Part shown: one piece after another, positions 12,276-22,100 of the stretch
Numbering within the stretch: the stretch's first letter is position 1
Layout of the letters: each line of letters begins with the position of its first letter
Assembly: GCF_032058845.1 (NCBI RefSeq)
Contig: NZ_DAMCCR010000003.1
Span: 18,213 to 82,212, forward strand
Length of the DNA: 64,000 nt
Source: Pseudomonas sp.
GTDB lineage: Bacteria > Pseudomonadota > Gammaproteobacteria > Pseudomonadales > Pseudomonadaceae
Direction of reading: 5' to 3'
Program-made: the position numbers and the translations under genes
The notes under the pieces: model-generated
Told to the model about the DNA's origin: nothing
What the model saw: only the letters and a program-made list of their open reading frames with translations
Database searches by the model: none

Positions 12276-13100
12276 ATGCGTGAATCGCCCACCCTCCGCC
12301 AACGCCTCTACACCATCGTCTTCCAAAACGACACCCCCGCCGGCCGGCGCTTCGACAAGCTCCTGCTGCTGATCATCCTGGCCAGCCTGGTCACGGTCAT
12401 CCTCGACAGCATCGGCGAAGTGCACCGCAATTACTCAGGGCTGCTGGCAGGCATCGAGTGGGGCTTCACGGCGATCTTCCTGCTCGAATACCTCACCCGC
12501 CTGTACTGCTCGCCCAAGCCGTTGCGCTATGCCTTCAGCTTCTACGGCCTGGTCGACCTGCTGGCCATCGTGCCGGGGATCATCGCGCTGTATTACAGCG
12601 ACGCGCAGTACCTGATGATCATCCGCGTGATCCGCATGCTGCGGATCTTCCGCGTGCTCAAGCTCAGCCCCTACCTGAGCCAGGCAGACTACCTGCTCAA
12701 GGCCCTGCGCGGCAGCAAGCAGAAGATCATCGTGTTCCTGCTCAGCGTGTCGACCCTGGTCACCGTGTTCGGCACCTTGATGTACGTGATCGAAGGGCCT
12801 GAGCATGGCTTCACCAGCATCCCCAAGGGCATCTACTGGGCGGTGGTGACGCTCACCACCGTAGGCTTCGGCGACATCGTGCCGCAGACACCGCTGGGCC
12901 AGGTGCTGTCGTCGCTGGTGATGATTACCGGCTACTCGATCATCGCGGTGCCTACCGGCATCTTCACCGCCGAGCTGGCCAACGCCATGCGCGGGGAGCG
13001 CTTGCAGCAGGACTGCCCACGTTGCGCCAAGCCCCAGCATGAGCAGGCGGCAGCGTTCTGCTCGCGCTGCGGCGAGGGCCTGTTTGGCAAGCGCGACTGA
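12276..13100 (+). CDS. Ion transporter (voltage-gated K+ channel-like)
   Basis: S4-like RVIRMLRIFRVLK; pore TTVGFGD; C-terminal CxxC...CxxC. Confidence 0.9.
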   Translation: MRESPTLRQRLYTIVFQNDTPAGRRFDKLLLLIILASLVTVILDSIGEVHRNYSGLLAGIEWGFTAIFLLEYLTRLYCSPKPLRYAFSFYGLVDLLAIVPGIIALYYSDAQYLMIIRVIRMLRIFRVLKLSPYLSQADYLLKALRGSKQKIIVFLLSVSTLVTVFGTLMYVIEGPEHGFTSIPKGIYWAVVTLTTVGFGDIVPQTPLGQVLSSLVMITGYSIIAVPTGIFTAELANAMRGERLQQDCPRCAKPQHEQAAAFCSRCGEGLFGKRD

Positions 13101-13216
13101 GCATAGCGAGGCAGCGACGCGCAGTGCATAACCACCATACTTTTTGTTCTTTAGCCCGTCCCAGGCCAGCGGCTATAGTCGCAGGCACTGTGCCACCCAC
13201 CTCCCAAGGACTGATC

Positions 13217-14215
13217 GTGAAGAAACTCCTCAGCGCGTCACTGCTCGCCGCCGGCCTGGCGCTGGGCAACCTCGCCCATGCCGCCCCGACCCTGCTCAAC
13301 GTGTCGTACGACGTGATGCGCGACTTCTACAAGGACTACAACCCGGCGTTCCAGAAGCACTGGGCAGCGGAGCACGACGAAAAGGTCAACGTGCAGATGT
13401 CGTTCGGCGGCTCCAGCAAGCAGGCGCGTGCCGTGATCGATGGTCTGCGTGCCGACGTCATCACCATGAACATGGCCACCGACATCAATGCCCTGGTTGA
13501 CAACGGCCAACTGGTACCCGACAACTGGGTCACGCGCCTGCCGAACAACAGCGCGCCGTTCACCTCGGCCACCGTGTTCATCGTGCGCAAGGGCAACCCC
13601 AAGGCGCTCAAGGACTGGCCCGACCTGCTCAAGGACGGCGTGCAGGTGATCGTGCCCAACCCCAAGACCTCGGGTAATGGCCGCTACACCTACCTGTCTG
13701 CCTGGGGTTATGTACTCAAGCAGGGTGGTGATGAAGCCAAGGCCCGTGACTTCGTCGGCAAGCTGTTCAAGCAGGCGCCGGTGCTCGACACCGGTGGCCG
13801 CGCCGCGACCACGACCTTCATGACCAATCAGATCGGTGACGTGCTGGTGACCTTCGAGAACGAAGCGGAAATGATCGCCCGCGAGTTTGGCCGTGATCAG
13901 TTCGAGGTGGTCTACCCAAGCGTGTCGGCTGAAGCCGAACCACCGGTCAGCGTGGTCGACAAGGTGGTGGACAAGAAAGACACCCGCGCGGTGGCTGAGG
14001 AATACCTCAAGTACCTGTGGTCGCCTGCCGCTCAGGAGATCGCTGCAAAGAACTACCTGCGCCCGCGCGATGCCACGGTGCTGGCCAAATACACCGACCG
14101 CTTCCCCAAGGTGGATTTCCTCTCGGTCGAAAAAACCTTCGGGGACTGGAGAACCGTGCAGAAGACTCACTTCAATGACGGTGGCGTGTTCGACCAGATT
14201 TACACCGGACAGTGA
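13217..14215 (+). CDS. Sulfate/thiosulfate ABC transporter substrate-binding protein (Sbp/CysP)
   Basis: LLNVSYD, SFGGSSKQAR, PNPKTSGNGR motifs; GTG start after AAGGA. Confidence 0.92.
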   Translation: MKKLLSASLLAAGLALGNLAHAAPTLLNVSYDVMRDFYKDYNPAFQKHWAAEHDEKVNVQMSFGGSSKQARAVIDGLRADVITMNMATDINALVDNGQLVPDNWVTRLPNNSAPFTSATVFIVRKGNPKALKDWPDLLKDGVQVIVPNPKTSGNGRYTYLSAWGYVLKQGGDEAKARDFVGKLFKQAPVLDTGGRAATTTFMTNQIGDVLVTFENEAEMIAREFGRDQFEVVYPSVSAEAEPPVSVVDKVVDKKDTRAVAEEYLKYLWSPAAQEIAAKNYLRPRDATVLAKYTDRFPKVDFLSVEKTFGDWRTVQKTHFNDGGVFDQIYTGQ

Positions 14216-14470
14216 TTCCACGTCAGTAGAGGCTGGTATGAACAGCGTCTGCTCAACACTGCAACCCCGATCCACCGGTAGAGCGCGGTGCCTGGACCGG
14301 GGCCGCTGTGCCGCCCATCGCGGCTGACCGGAGCCAGGCACCCCCGAGTTTGGCTCCAGCGACGTCGACCCGCGCTCAAAGCCAACACGATCAGGTCGAA
14401 CTTCCCGGCCGCCTGCCAATCAGTTCCCTGAGTAAACCCTGCCCCGCTCCCCCGGCCAGAGGATCACTCA

Positions 14471-16507
14471 GTGCTGCGTTTTCTCACCCCCCTGTTGCTC
14501 GGCTGCCTGCTGAGCACCCAGTTGCTGGCCGCCGACCCGGCGCCGGCTGAACAACCCGCCGCGCCCGAGCCGGTGCTGCAAGGTGGCCTGCTCGGCGCTC
14601 TGGCCGATGGCCTGGACAGCGCCGGCCGCGAGCTGGACCTGGACGAACACCTGGTCGACGCCTGGCGCATACGCACCGACCGCGCGGGCAAGGAAGTCGC
14701 GCGGCTGGTGGATCGCCACTCGACCAGCGACACCCTGCAGATGTTCGTAGACTTCATGTTGCTGACCCTGACCTGGGCCGGCAGCTTCGTGGCGCTCAAT
14801 CTGCTGGGTCGCCTGGTGGCCAGGCGCATCGCTGCCACCGCCTGGCTACGCCCACGAGTGCGCATGCGCGCGTTGCTTGGCTACCTGCTGCCCTACACAC
14901 TGCCGGCCCTCGCCGCATTGCCGCTGACGGTGTACGCGAGCCGTTTCGTCGACCCGTCGATCGCCCGCGCCACGGGCTTGAGCCTGGCCTATGCCACCAG
15001 CAGCGGCCTGTTCTCCACCTCGATCATTCTCTGCCTGATCACCTTGTTCGATGCCGGCCACAAGCGCCGGGCCGTGGCCGCCATCCGCCGCATCGCACCG
15101 CGCCCGCTGTTTCTGATCGGCTTCCTCGCGGCCTGGAGCGATGCCCTGACCAGCCCGCAGATCGCGCGCCAGCTGGGCGGCAACATCACCAGCAGCGTGG
15201 CCGTACTGACCGGCCTGACGGCCACCTTCATCTTCGCCAGCCTGGTGCTGCGCCTCCGCCGCCCGGTGGCGCACCTGATCCGCAACCGCGACCTCAAGGA
15301 CCGCCTTGGCCACCGCGCCGTGCAGGAGACCCTGCGCATCTTCTCCAAGCTCTGGTACCTGCCGATCCTGCTGATGATCCTGGTTTCCGCCATCCACCTG
15401 ATCGGCGCCGGTGAAGAAAGCCAGAAGGCCCTGCAGAACGCCTTACTGACCACCGTGCTGCTGGTCGCGACGGTGTTCCTCAGCACCACGCTGCAGCATG
15501 TGCTGGCCCCGCGCGAAGCGGAGAACGGCCAACAACGGGTGCGTCCTTACAAGGAACTCCTGCGCAGCCTCGCCCATGCGCTGCTGCGGGTGACGATGGC
15601 CGTGGCGTTCATCGAACTGCTCGGCCGGATCTGGGGCTTCTCGGTGCTCGATTTCGCCTTGAGCAACAGCCTGGGCAAGGCGATCAGCAATTCGGTGTCG
15701 ACCATCGGCCTGATCCTGCTGGTGACCTGGTTGCTGTGGGTGGTGCTCGACACCGCGATCCAGGAAGCGCTCAAGCCGCCGGTGGGCCGGCGGGCCTCAC
15801 GCCAACCCAGCACACGCGTGCGGACCATCCTGCCGATGCTGCGCAACGCGGTGAAAGTGATTCTGATCGTCATCTGCACCATCACCACCATGGCCAACCT
15901 CGGCATCAACGTCGCGCCCTTGCTGGCAGGCGCCGGGGTGATCGGCCTGGCCATCGGCTTCGGCTCGCAGCAGTTGGTGCAGGATGTCATCACCGGGCTG
16001 TTCATCCTCATCGAGGACACCATTTCCATCGGCGACTGGGTAGTGCTCGACTCCGGCCACGCCGGGACAGTGGAAAGCCTGACCATCCGGACCCTGCGCC
16101 TGCGCGACGGCAAGGGCTTCGTGCACTCGGTGCCGTTCGGGCAGATCAAGGCGGTCACCAATCAATCGCGGCAGTTCGCCTACGCCTTCTTTTCGGTGCA
16201 GTTCACCTACGACAGCGACGTGGATGCCTCGTTGGGGTTGATCCATGAGGTGGGCCAGTCGATCACCGCCGACCCTTTGCTCAGCATCAATCTGCAGGGG
16301 CCGCTGCAGGTGTTCGGGGTCGATCGGATGGACCTCAACGGTTTCGTGCTGACCGCGCAGTTCCGCACCATTTCCGGCGGGCAGTACGCGGTGAGCCGTG
16401 CGTTCAACGAGCGCTTGAAGAAGAAGGTCGACCAGACCGACAACGTGCATTTCGCCCAGGTGTATCCGATGCGTCTACCTGGCGTGGACAACCCCGCGCC
16501 AGTCTGA
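14471..16507 (+). CDS. MscS-family mechanosensitive channel (YbiO-like)
   Basis: Many TM helices; LAGAGVIGLAIGFGSQ, GTVE.LTIR motifs. Confidence 0.9.
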   Translation: MLRFLTPLLLGCLLSTQLLAADPAPAEQPAAPEPVLQGGLLGALADGLDSAGRELDLDEHLVDAWRIRTDRAGKEVARLVDRHSTSDTLQMFVDFMLLTLTWAGSFVALNLLGRLVARRIAATAWLRPRVRMRALLGYLLPYTLPALAALPLTVYASRFVDPSIARATGLSLAYATSSGLFSTSIILCLITLFDAGHKRRAVAAIRRIAPRPLFLIGFLAAWSDALTSPQIARQLGGNITSSVAVLTGLTATFIFASLVLRLRRPVAHLIRNRDLKDRLGHRAVQETLRIFSKLWYLPILLMILVSAIHLIGAGEESQKALQNALLTTVLLVATVFLSTTLQHVLAPREAENGQQRVRPYKELLRSLAHALLRVTMAVAFIELLGRIWGFSVLDFALSNSLGKAISNSVSTIGLILLVTWLLWVVLDTAIQEALKPPVGRRASRQPSTRVRTILPMLRNAVKVILIVICTITTMANLGINVAPLLAGAGVIGLAIGFGSQQLVQDVITGLFILIEDTISIGDWVVLDSGHAGTVESLTIRTLRLRDGKGFVHSVPFGQIKAVTNQSRQFAYAFFSVQFTYDSDVDASLGLIHEVGQSITADPLLSINLQGPLQVFGVDRMDLNGFVLTAQFRTISGGQYAVSRAFNERLKKKVDQTDNVHFAQVYPMRLPGVDNPAPV

Positions 16508-16602
16508 GGTACCCGCGACCGATGCCGGCAGGAGACGCAGACCGAGCACCTACCTCGCTCTGCTCAGCCGCGCAGCTAAGCAAGGCGAAGCTGATCAGGC
16601 GC

Positions 16603-17538
16603 TCACGAGGCCGGGCGCTGCACGAACACCAGCGCCTTCAGGCCACCCTCCGGGTCGACGTCGGGAAACTCCGGCGGGTTGTCCAGGCGCTCGACAAACT
16701 GCAGCGTGGGCGCGTGCTCGGCCATGCCGTCCAGCAGAAACCGTGGGCCGATGCCCGGATCGTTGACACAGGCCAACACCGTGCCGCCTGGGGTGAGCAG
16801 CTCGGGCAGCCGCCGCAGGATCTTGGCGTAATCCTGGGTCAGCACGAAGCTGCCGCGCTGGAAGGTGGGCGGGTCGATGATGATCAGGTCGTAGGGCCCG
16901 TACTTGCGCACCTTCCCCCACGACTTGAACAGTTCATGGCCCAGGTACGCCACGCGGGACGGGTCATGGTCGTTCAGGCGGTGGTTGTCGCGCCCGCGTG
17001 ACAGCGCGGACTTGGCCATGTCGAGGTTGACCACCTGCTCGGCCCCGCCGGCAATGGCGGTCACGGAGAAGCCGCAGGTGTAGGCGAACAGGTTCAGCAC
17101 GCGCTTGCCCGCAGCGTGCTCGCGCACCCAGCGCCGGCCATGGCGCATGTCGAGGAACAGCCCGGTGTTCTGCCGCACGCCCAGGTCCAGCAGGTAGGTG
17201 AGGCCGTCCTCGATCACCTCGCGCTGCGCGCAGGGCTCGCCCAGCAGCCACTGGCCAGGGCTGTCCGGCAGGTAGCGGTGTTGCAGCAGGATCGCCTGGC
17301 CGCTCCACTGCGCACCTTCAGCCAGGCGCAGCAGCATGGCTTCGAGCGCGGCCAGCTCAGCGCTCGGCAGCTCGCGGAACAGCGCCACCGACAGCACGCC
17401 CTGCAGCCAGTCCACGGTGATCTGCTCCAGCCCCGGCCAGCAGCGCCCACGGCCGTGGAACAGGCGGCGGGTTTCGATGGGCGCCGGGTCAAGGGCGGCT
17501 AGCAGGTGCTGTTCAAGGATCTGGATCGGCGAAGTCAT
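16603..17538 (-). CDS. Class I SAM-dependent methyltransferase (RlmI/RlmK-like)
   Basis: TGLFLDMR, VLNLFAYTCGFS, IIDPP motifs. Confidence 0.88.
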   Translation of the reverse strand: MTSPIQILEQHLLAALDPAPIETRRLFHGRGRCWPGLEQITVDWLQGVLSVALFRELPSAELAALEAMLLRLAEGAQWSGQAILLQHRYLPDSPGQWLLGEPCAQREVIEDGLTYLLDLGVRQNTGLFLDMRHGRRWVREHAAGKRVLNLFAYTCGFSVTAIAGGAEQVVNLDMAKSALSRGRDNHRLNDHDPSRVAYLGHELFKSWGKVRKYGPYDLIIIDPPTFQRGSFVLTQDYAKILRRLPELLTPGGTVLACVNDPGIGPRFLLDGMAEHAPTLQFVERLDNPPEFPDVDPEGGLKALVFVQRPAS

Positions 17539-17597
17539 GACAGGGCCACAAGCGGAAAACCGCGCATTCTACCGATTTTATCGCCGCACTTCGTGGC

Positions 17598-18491
17598 TCA
17601 TCGTGCCTGCGGCCTGGCGCTCGCCGGAGCGAACCACCAGCCCTGCTGCATGCCGGCTGCCGCCACCAGGATCAGGCCCACCCCCAGCCACTGCAAGGCG
17701 CCGAGGCGATGGCCGAACGCCAGCCAGTCCACCAGGATCGCCGCGACCGGGTAGATGAACGACAGCGCGCCGGTCAAGGCCGTGGGCAGACGCTGGATGG
17801 CGCTGTAGAGCAGCACATACATCACGCCCGTGTGCACCAGCCCCAGGGTCAGCACACTGGCGATGGCGGAGGGGGCCGCCGGCAGCGCGATGGGCATGAC
17901 CCAAGGCGCCAGCAGCACGCTGCCGGTCACTACCTGTACCAGCGCAATCACCTGCGCCGGTGCAGCGCGCAGGCGCTTGATGATCAGCGCCGCGAGGGCA
18001 TACAACAGCGCGGCGCCCAAGGCCAGGCTGATGCCCAGCAGGTAGTCGCTGCCCTGCCCTTCACCGTGCGCGGCGACGATGGCGAGCATCCCAAGGAAGG
18101 CCACAGCGAGCCAGGTGAGCTTGGCCAGGGTCACCCGCTCGCCGAGAAAGACCCCGGCCAACCCGACCAGCAGGAACGGCTGCAGGTTGTACACCGCCGT
18201 GGCGATGGCAATCGAAGCACGTGAATAGGCAGCAAACAGCAGCAGCCAGTTGCCGACGATTGCCACGCCGCTGAGCATGGCCCAGCCCAGCATTGCGCGG
18301 GTCATCACACCCGCTCGCAGCTGGCCGAAGCTCGCGCAGATCGCCAGCAGCGCCACGCTGCCGAGCACGCAGCGCCAGAACACCACAGTAAGCACCGGCT
18401 CCCCGCTCACCAGCACGAACCAGCCGATGGTGCCGGAAATCAGCATCGCCGCCACCATTTCCAACGAACCTCGACGCACAGACCTGTCCAT
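17598..18491 (-). CDS. DMT/EamA family transporter
   Basis: Ten TM helices in two EamA repeats. Confidence 0.88.
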   Translation of the reverse strand: MDRSVRRGSLEMVAAMLISGTIGWFVLVSGEPVLTVVFWRCVLGSVALLAICASFGQLRAGVMTRAMLGWAMLSGVAIVGNWLLLFAAYSRASIAIATAVYNLQPFLLVGLAGVFLGERVTLAKLTWLAVAFLGMLAIVAAHGEGQGSDYLLGISLALGAALLYALAALIIKRLRAAPAQVIALVQVVTGSVLLAPWVMPIALPAAPSAIASVLTLGLVHTGVMYVLLYSAIQRLPTALTGALSFIYPVAAILVDWLAFGHRLGALQWLGVGLILVAAAGMQQGWWFAPASARPQAR

Positions 18492-18625
18492 CGCGTACCT
18501 CCCTGAATGAGGGGTTCAGTATGAGCAGCGGCTGCGGCTCGGCTCCAGAAGCCCCTCAAGGCAAAAAGAAGCTGGCGCCTTTACTATCAAGGCGGATTTC
18601 ACTTTTTACCCTTGGGAGACATTTG

Positions 18626-19063
18626 ATGACCGACGCCATCGACCAGATGCTGATCAACGCCCTGATGCAAGACAGTCGCCGCTCTCTCAAGGCGCTGGCC
18701 CAGATCACCGGCCTCTCGGCCCCCAGCGTCAGCGAACGGTTGCGCCGGCTGGAAGAGCGCGGCGTGCTGCGCGGCTTCACCGTCGAGGTCGACCCACGCA
18801 GCTTCGGTTACCAGTTGCAGGCCATCGTGCGCATCCGGCCGCTGCCGGGGCGTTTGCAGGAAGTGGAACGGCACATCATCGCGACCCCGCAGTTCACCGA
18901 CTGCGACAAGGTCACCGGGGAAGACTGTTTCATCGCACGCCTGCAGGTGCGTTCGATGGAGCAGCTCGACACCCTGCTCGACCGCCTCAGTCTGATTGCC
19001 GAAAGCAATACCGCCATCATCAAGAAGACTCCAGTGAAGCGCCGGCTGCCGCCGATGGACTAA
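18626..19063 (+). CDS. Lrp/AsnC family regulator
   Basis: LSAPSVSERLRRLEERGV HTH; VTGEDC. Confidence 0.92.
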   Translation: MTDAIDQMLINALMQDSRRSLKALAQITGLSAPSVSERLRRLEERGVLRGFTVEVDPRSFGYQLQAIVRIRPLPGRLQEVERHIIATPQFTDCDKVTGEDCFIARLQVRSMEQLDTLLDRLSLIAESNTAIIKKTPVKRRLPPMD

Positions 19064-19210
19064 TAATGTGTACAGAAGTCATTCAACAAGTGAATGCGCG
19101 CCATTAAATATGTACACATATGTGTAACCATAAGTGGCAAGCCTGTGTCCAATTTCTGGGGGTAACACCTCAGAAAGTGACACTTACACGCTTTTAAAAC
19201 TTGACCATGA

Positions 19211-19380
19211 AATCAACTAATTAGGTTTTAGCACTTATTAAAACAGTGAACAATTCTGATATTTTTCCTTCTATTTCAATCGTTTAAAAAATCTTAGCTG
19301 TTTTGTCGTCTACTGCCAATTAGCACGCATGAGTGGACTGGCATGGAACTCGCTTCCCTGCACTCGTGTTTTGTATACAA
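19211..19380 (+). promoter_or_regulatory. Putative sigma54 promoter with IHF site and GntR operator upstream of the NCS1 gene
   Basis: AATCAACTAATTA (IHF consensus WATCAANNNNTTR) 19211-19223; TGGCATGGAACTCGCT (GG-N10-GC) 19339-19354; TTGTATACAA 19371-19380. Confidence 0.6.
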
Positions 19381-19531
19381 CTTCTACAGAACATAAATAC
19401 AAGAATTCGTAACGCTGCCTTTGAGCAGCCGTTGCGCCCAGAACCCAGTGATGCACACGCTGCACTGACGAGATGGCCGGCCACGCGCCCGCCCGCTCAT
19501 CGCAGTCCACGCGCATCAGGAGCCTGCCGGA

Positions 19532-21067
19532 ATGAGCACCAGCCTCAACCTTGCCCCTGAACACCCCATCGCCTCCCCGACCCCTCACAGCGCGCCCATC
19601 GCCGGGCTGCCGGCAGACCTCGAGCTGAGCCCGCGCCTGCACAACCGCGACCTGGCGCCCACGCGCATGGCCGGGCGCCGCTGGGGCGGCTACAGCATCT
19701 TTGCGCTGTGGACCAACGACGTGCACAACATCGCCAACTATTCCTTCGCCATGGGCCTGTTCGCCCTGGGCCTGGGCGGCTGGCAGATCCTCATGTCATT
19801 GGCCATCGGCGCGGCGCTGGTGTACTTCTTCATGAACCTGTCTGGCTACATGGGGCAGAAGACCGGGGTGCCCTTCCCGGTCATCAGCCGCATCGCCTTC
19901 GGCATTCATGGTGCGCAGATTCCGGCGCTGATCCGGGCAGTGATCGCGATTGCCTGGTTCGGCATCCAGACCTACCTCGCCTCGGTGGTGCTGCGCGTAC
20001 TGCTCACGGCCGTCTGGCCGCAGGTGGCGGCCTACGATCACAACAGCGTGCTGGGCCTGTCGAGCCTGGGCTGGATGTGTTTCGTGGCGATCTGGCTGGT
20101 GCAGTTGGTGATCCTTGCCTACGGCATGGAGATGGTGCGCCGCTACGAAGGCTTCGCCGGGCCGGTGATCCTGCTGACGGTCGCGAGCCTGGCCTGCTAC
20201 ATGTATTTCAAGGCCGATACGCGCATTGCCTGGTCAGTGGCCGAACCACTGACTGGCTATGAGATGTGGCGCAACATCTTTGCCGGCGGTGCCCTGTGGC
20301 TGTCGATCTACGGCACGCTGGTGCTCAACTTCTGCGACTTCGCCCGCTCTTCGCCGTGCCGCAAGACCATCCGCGTCGGCAACTTCTGGGGCCTGCCAGT
20401 GAACATCCTGGTGTTCGCAGTGATCACCGTGGTGCTCTGCGGCGCGCAGTTCAAGATCAACGGCCAGATCATCGACAGCCCCACGCAGATCGTCGCCAGC
20501 ATCCCCGAAACGGCCTTCCTGGTCCTGGGCTGCCTGGCGTTCCTGATCGTCACCGTGGCCGTCAACATCATGGCCAACTTCGTCGCCCCGGCCTTCGTGC
20601 TCAGCAACCTGGCGCCGCGCCACCTCAACTTCCGCCGCGCCGGCCTGATCAGCGCCACCCTGGCGGTGCTGATCCTGCCGTGGAACCTGTACAACAGCCC
20701 GGTGGTGATCGTGTACTTCCTCTCGGGCCTGGGCGCCCTGCTCGGCCCGCTGTACGGGGTGATCATGTCGGACTACTGGCTGCTGCGAAAAGGCTGCATC
20801 AACGTGCCGGAGCTCTACAGCGAAAACCCGGCCTGTGCCTACCACTACAGCCGCGGCGTCAATCTACGGGCCGTAGCGGCCTTCGTGCCTGCGGCGTTGC
20901 TGTCGATCATTCTCGCGTTGGTTCCACACTTCCACAGCGTTGCACCGTTCTCCTGGTTGATCGGTGCAGGCATCGCCGCTGCGATCTACCTGCTGATCGC
21001 ACCGCGCCGCTGCCTTTATCAAGACGTCAGCGGCGAGTGCATCGCCGTCGACCACAGCAGTCACTGA
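19532..21067 (+). CDS. NCS1 nucleobase:cation symporter (allantoin/hydantoin-type)
   Basis: N.DLAP, GVPFPV..R..FG, WFGIQT, DFAR motifs; about 12 TM helices. Confidence 0.9.
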   Translation: MSTSLNLAPEHPIASPTPHSAPIAGLPADLELSPRLHNRDLAPTRMAGRRWGGYSIFALWTNDVHNIANYSFAMGLFALGLGGWQILMSLAIGAALVYFFMNLSGYMGQKTGVPFPVISRIAFGIHGAQIPALIRAVIAIAWFGIQTYLASVVLRVLLTAVWPQVAAYDHNSVLGLSSLGWMCFVAIWLVQLVILAYGMEMVRRYEGFAGPVILLTVASLACYMYFKADTRIAWSVAEPLTGYEMWRNIFAGGALWLSIYGTLVLNFCDFARSSPCRKTIRVGNFWGLPVNILVFAVITVVLCGAQFKINGQIIDSPTQIVASIPETAFLVLGCLAFLIVTVAVNIMANFVAPAFVLSNLAPRHLNFRRAGLISATLAVLILPWNLYNSPVVIVYFLSGLGALLGPLYGVIMSDYWLLRKGCINVPELYSENPACAYHYSRGVNLRAVAAFVPAALLSIILALVPHFHSVAPFSWLIGAGIAAAIYLLIAPRRCLYQDVSGECIAVDHSSH

Positions 21068-21081
21068 GCAAGGATTCAGAC

Positions 21082-21810
21082 ATGCGGATTCTCATCGTCA
21101 ACGTCAACACCACCGAGGCCATCACTGAAGCGATTGCCGAGCAGGCGCGCAGCGTGGCCTCCCCCGGTACCGAGATCGTCGGCCTGACGCCGCGGTTCGG
21201 CGCCGAGTCGGTAGAAGGCAACTTCGAAAGCTACCTGGCGGCGATCGCCGTGATGGATCGGGTGCTGAGCTATGACCAGCCCTATGATGCGGTGATTCAG
21301 GCCGGTTACGGCGAACACGGGCGCGAGGGCTTGCAGGAGCTGCTCGATGTGCCGGTGGTCGACATCACCGATGCAGCGGCCAGCACGGCCATGTACCTGG
21401 GCCACGCCTACTCGGTGGTGACCTCGCTGGACCGCACCGTGCCACTGATCGAAGACCGCCTGAAGCTGTCCGGGCTCTGGGAGCGCTGCGCCTCGGTGCG
21501 CGCCAGCGGCCTGGCGGTGCTGGAACTGGAGGCGGATCCGCAGCGTGCGGTCGAGGCCATCGTCGAACAGGCCGAGCGCGCCGTGCGTGACGACAAGGCC
21601 GAGGTGATCTGCCTGGGCTGCGGCGGCATGGCCGGGCTCGATGAGCAGATTCGCCAGCGCACTGGCGTGCCGGTGGTCGATGGCGTAAGCGCAGCGGTGA
21701 CCATTGCCGAATCGCTGGTGCGGTTGGGCTTGAGCACCTCGAAGGTCAGAACCTATGCCACGCCGCGCGCCAAGAAGGTGGTGGGCTGGCCGTTGCGGCC
21801 CAATCGCTGA
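21082..21810 (+). CDS. Asp/Glu/hydantoin (allantoin) racemase family protein
   Basis: MRILIVNVNT, DVPVVDI, ICLGCGGM, GVPVVDGV motifs. Confidence 0.9.
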   Translation: MRILIVNVNTTEAITEAIAEQARSVASPGTEIVGLTPRFGAESVEGNFESYLAAIAVMDRVLSYDQPYDAVIQAGYGEHGREGLQELLDVPVVDITDAAASTAMYLGHAYSVVTSLDRTVPLIEDRLKLSGLWERCASVRASGLAVLELEADPQRAVEAIVEQAERAVRDDKAEVICLGCGGMAGLDEQIRQRTGVPVVDGVSAAVTIAESLVRLGLSTSKVRTYATPRAKKVVGWPLRPNR

Positions 21811-21848
21811 TCGGTTGCTGCGCCCACGAAAAAGCGCCGGCATGCCAG

Positions 21849-22017
21849 TAATGCCAGTCAGTTAAGCGAAAGGGACCGCTTCGCGGTCCATCGCGGCTGA
21901 AGCCGCTCCCACAGATTGCACCAGTCTGTGGGAGCGGCCGGTCCGGCGCTCCGGTCAGCCGCGATGGGCTGCAAGGCAGCCCCAATTGCTAAAAAGCGGC
22001 TTAACTGACTGGCATTA
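21849..22017. mobile_element. Non-autonomous IS4-like MITE containing a REP doublet
   Basis: 19-bp perfect TIRs taatgccagtcagttaagc (21849-21867 and 21999-22017); 12-bp flanking duplication ccggcatgcc(a/g)g; internal inverted REPs. Confidence 0.8.
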
Positions 22018-22100
22018 CCGGCATGCCGGCGCTTTTTCGTTGAAGTGCAACACGTGCGTGACTGCCTGGGCTGATCAGCCTGGCGCTCACGCCCGGTGGA

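Noticed and set aside
20266..21081. Apparent 514-aa N-terminally extended racemase
   Set aside because: The extension is an off-frame overlap with the NCS1 gene; the real start is at 21082 with an AAGGA RBS.
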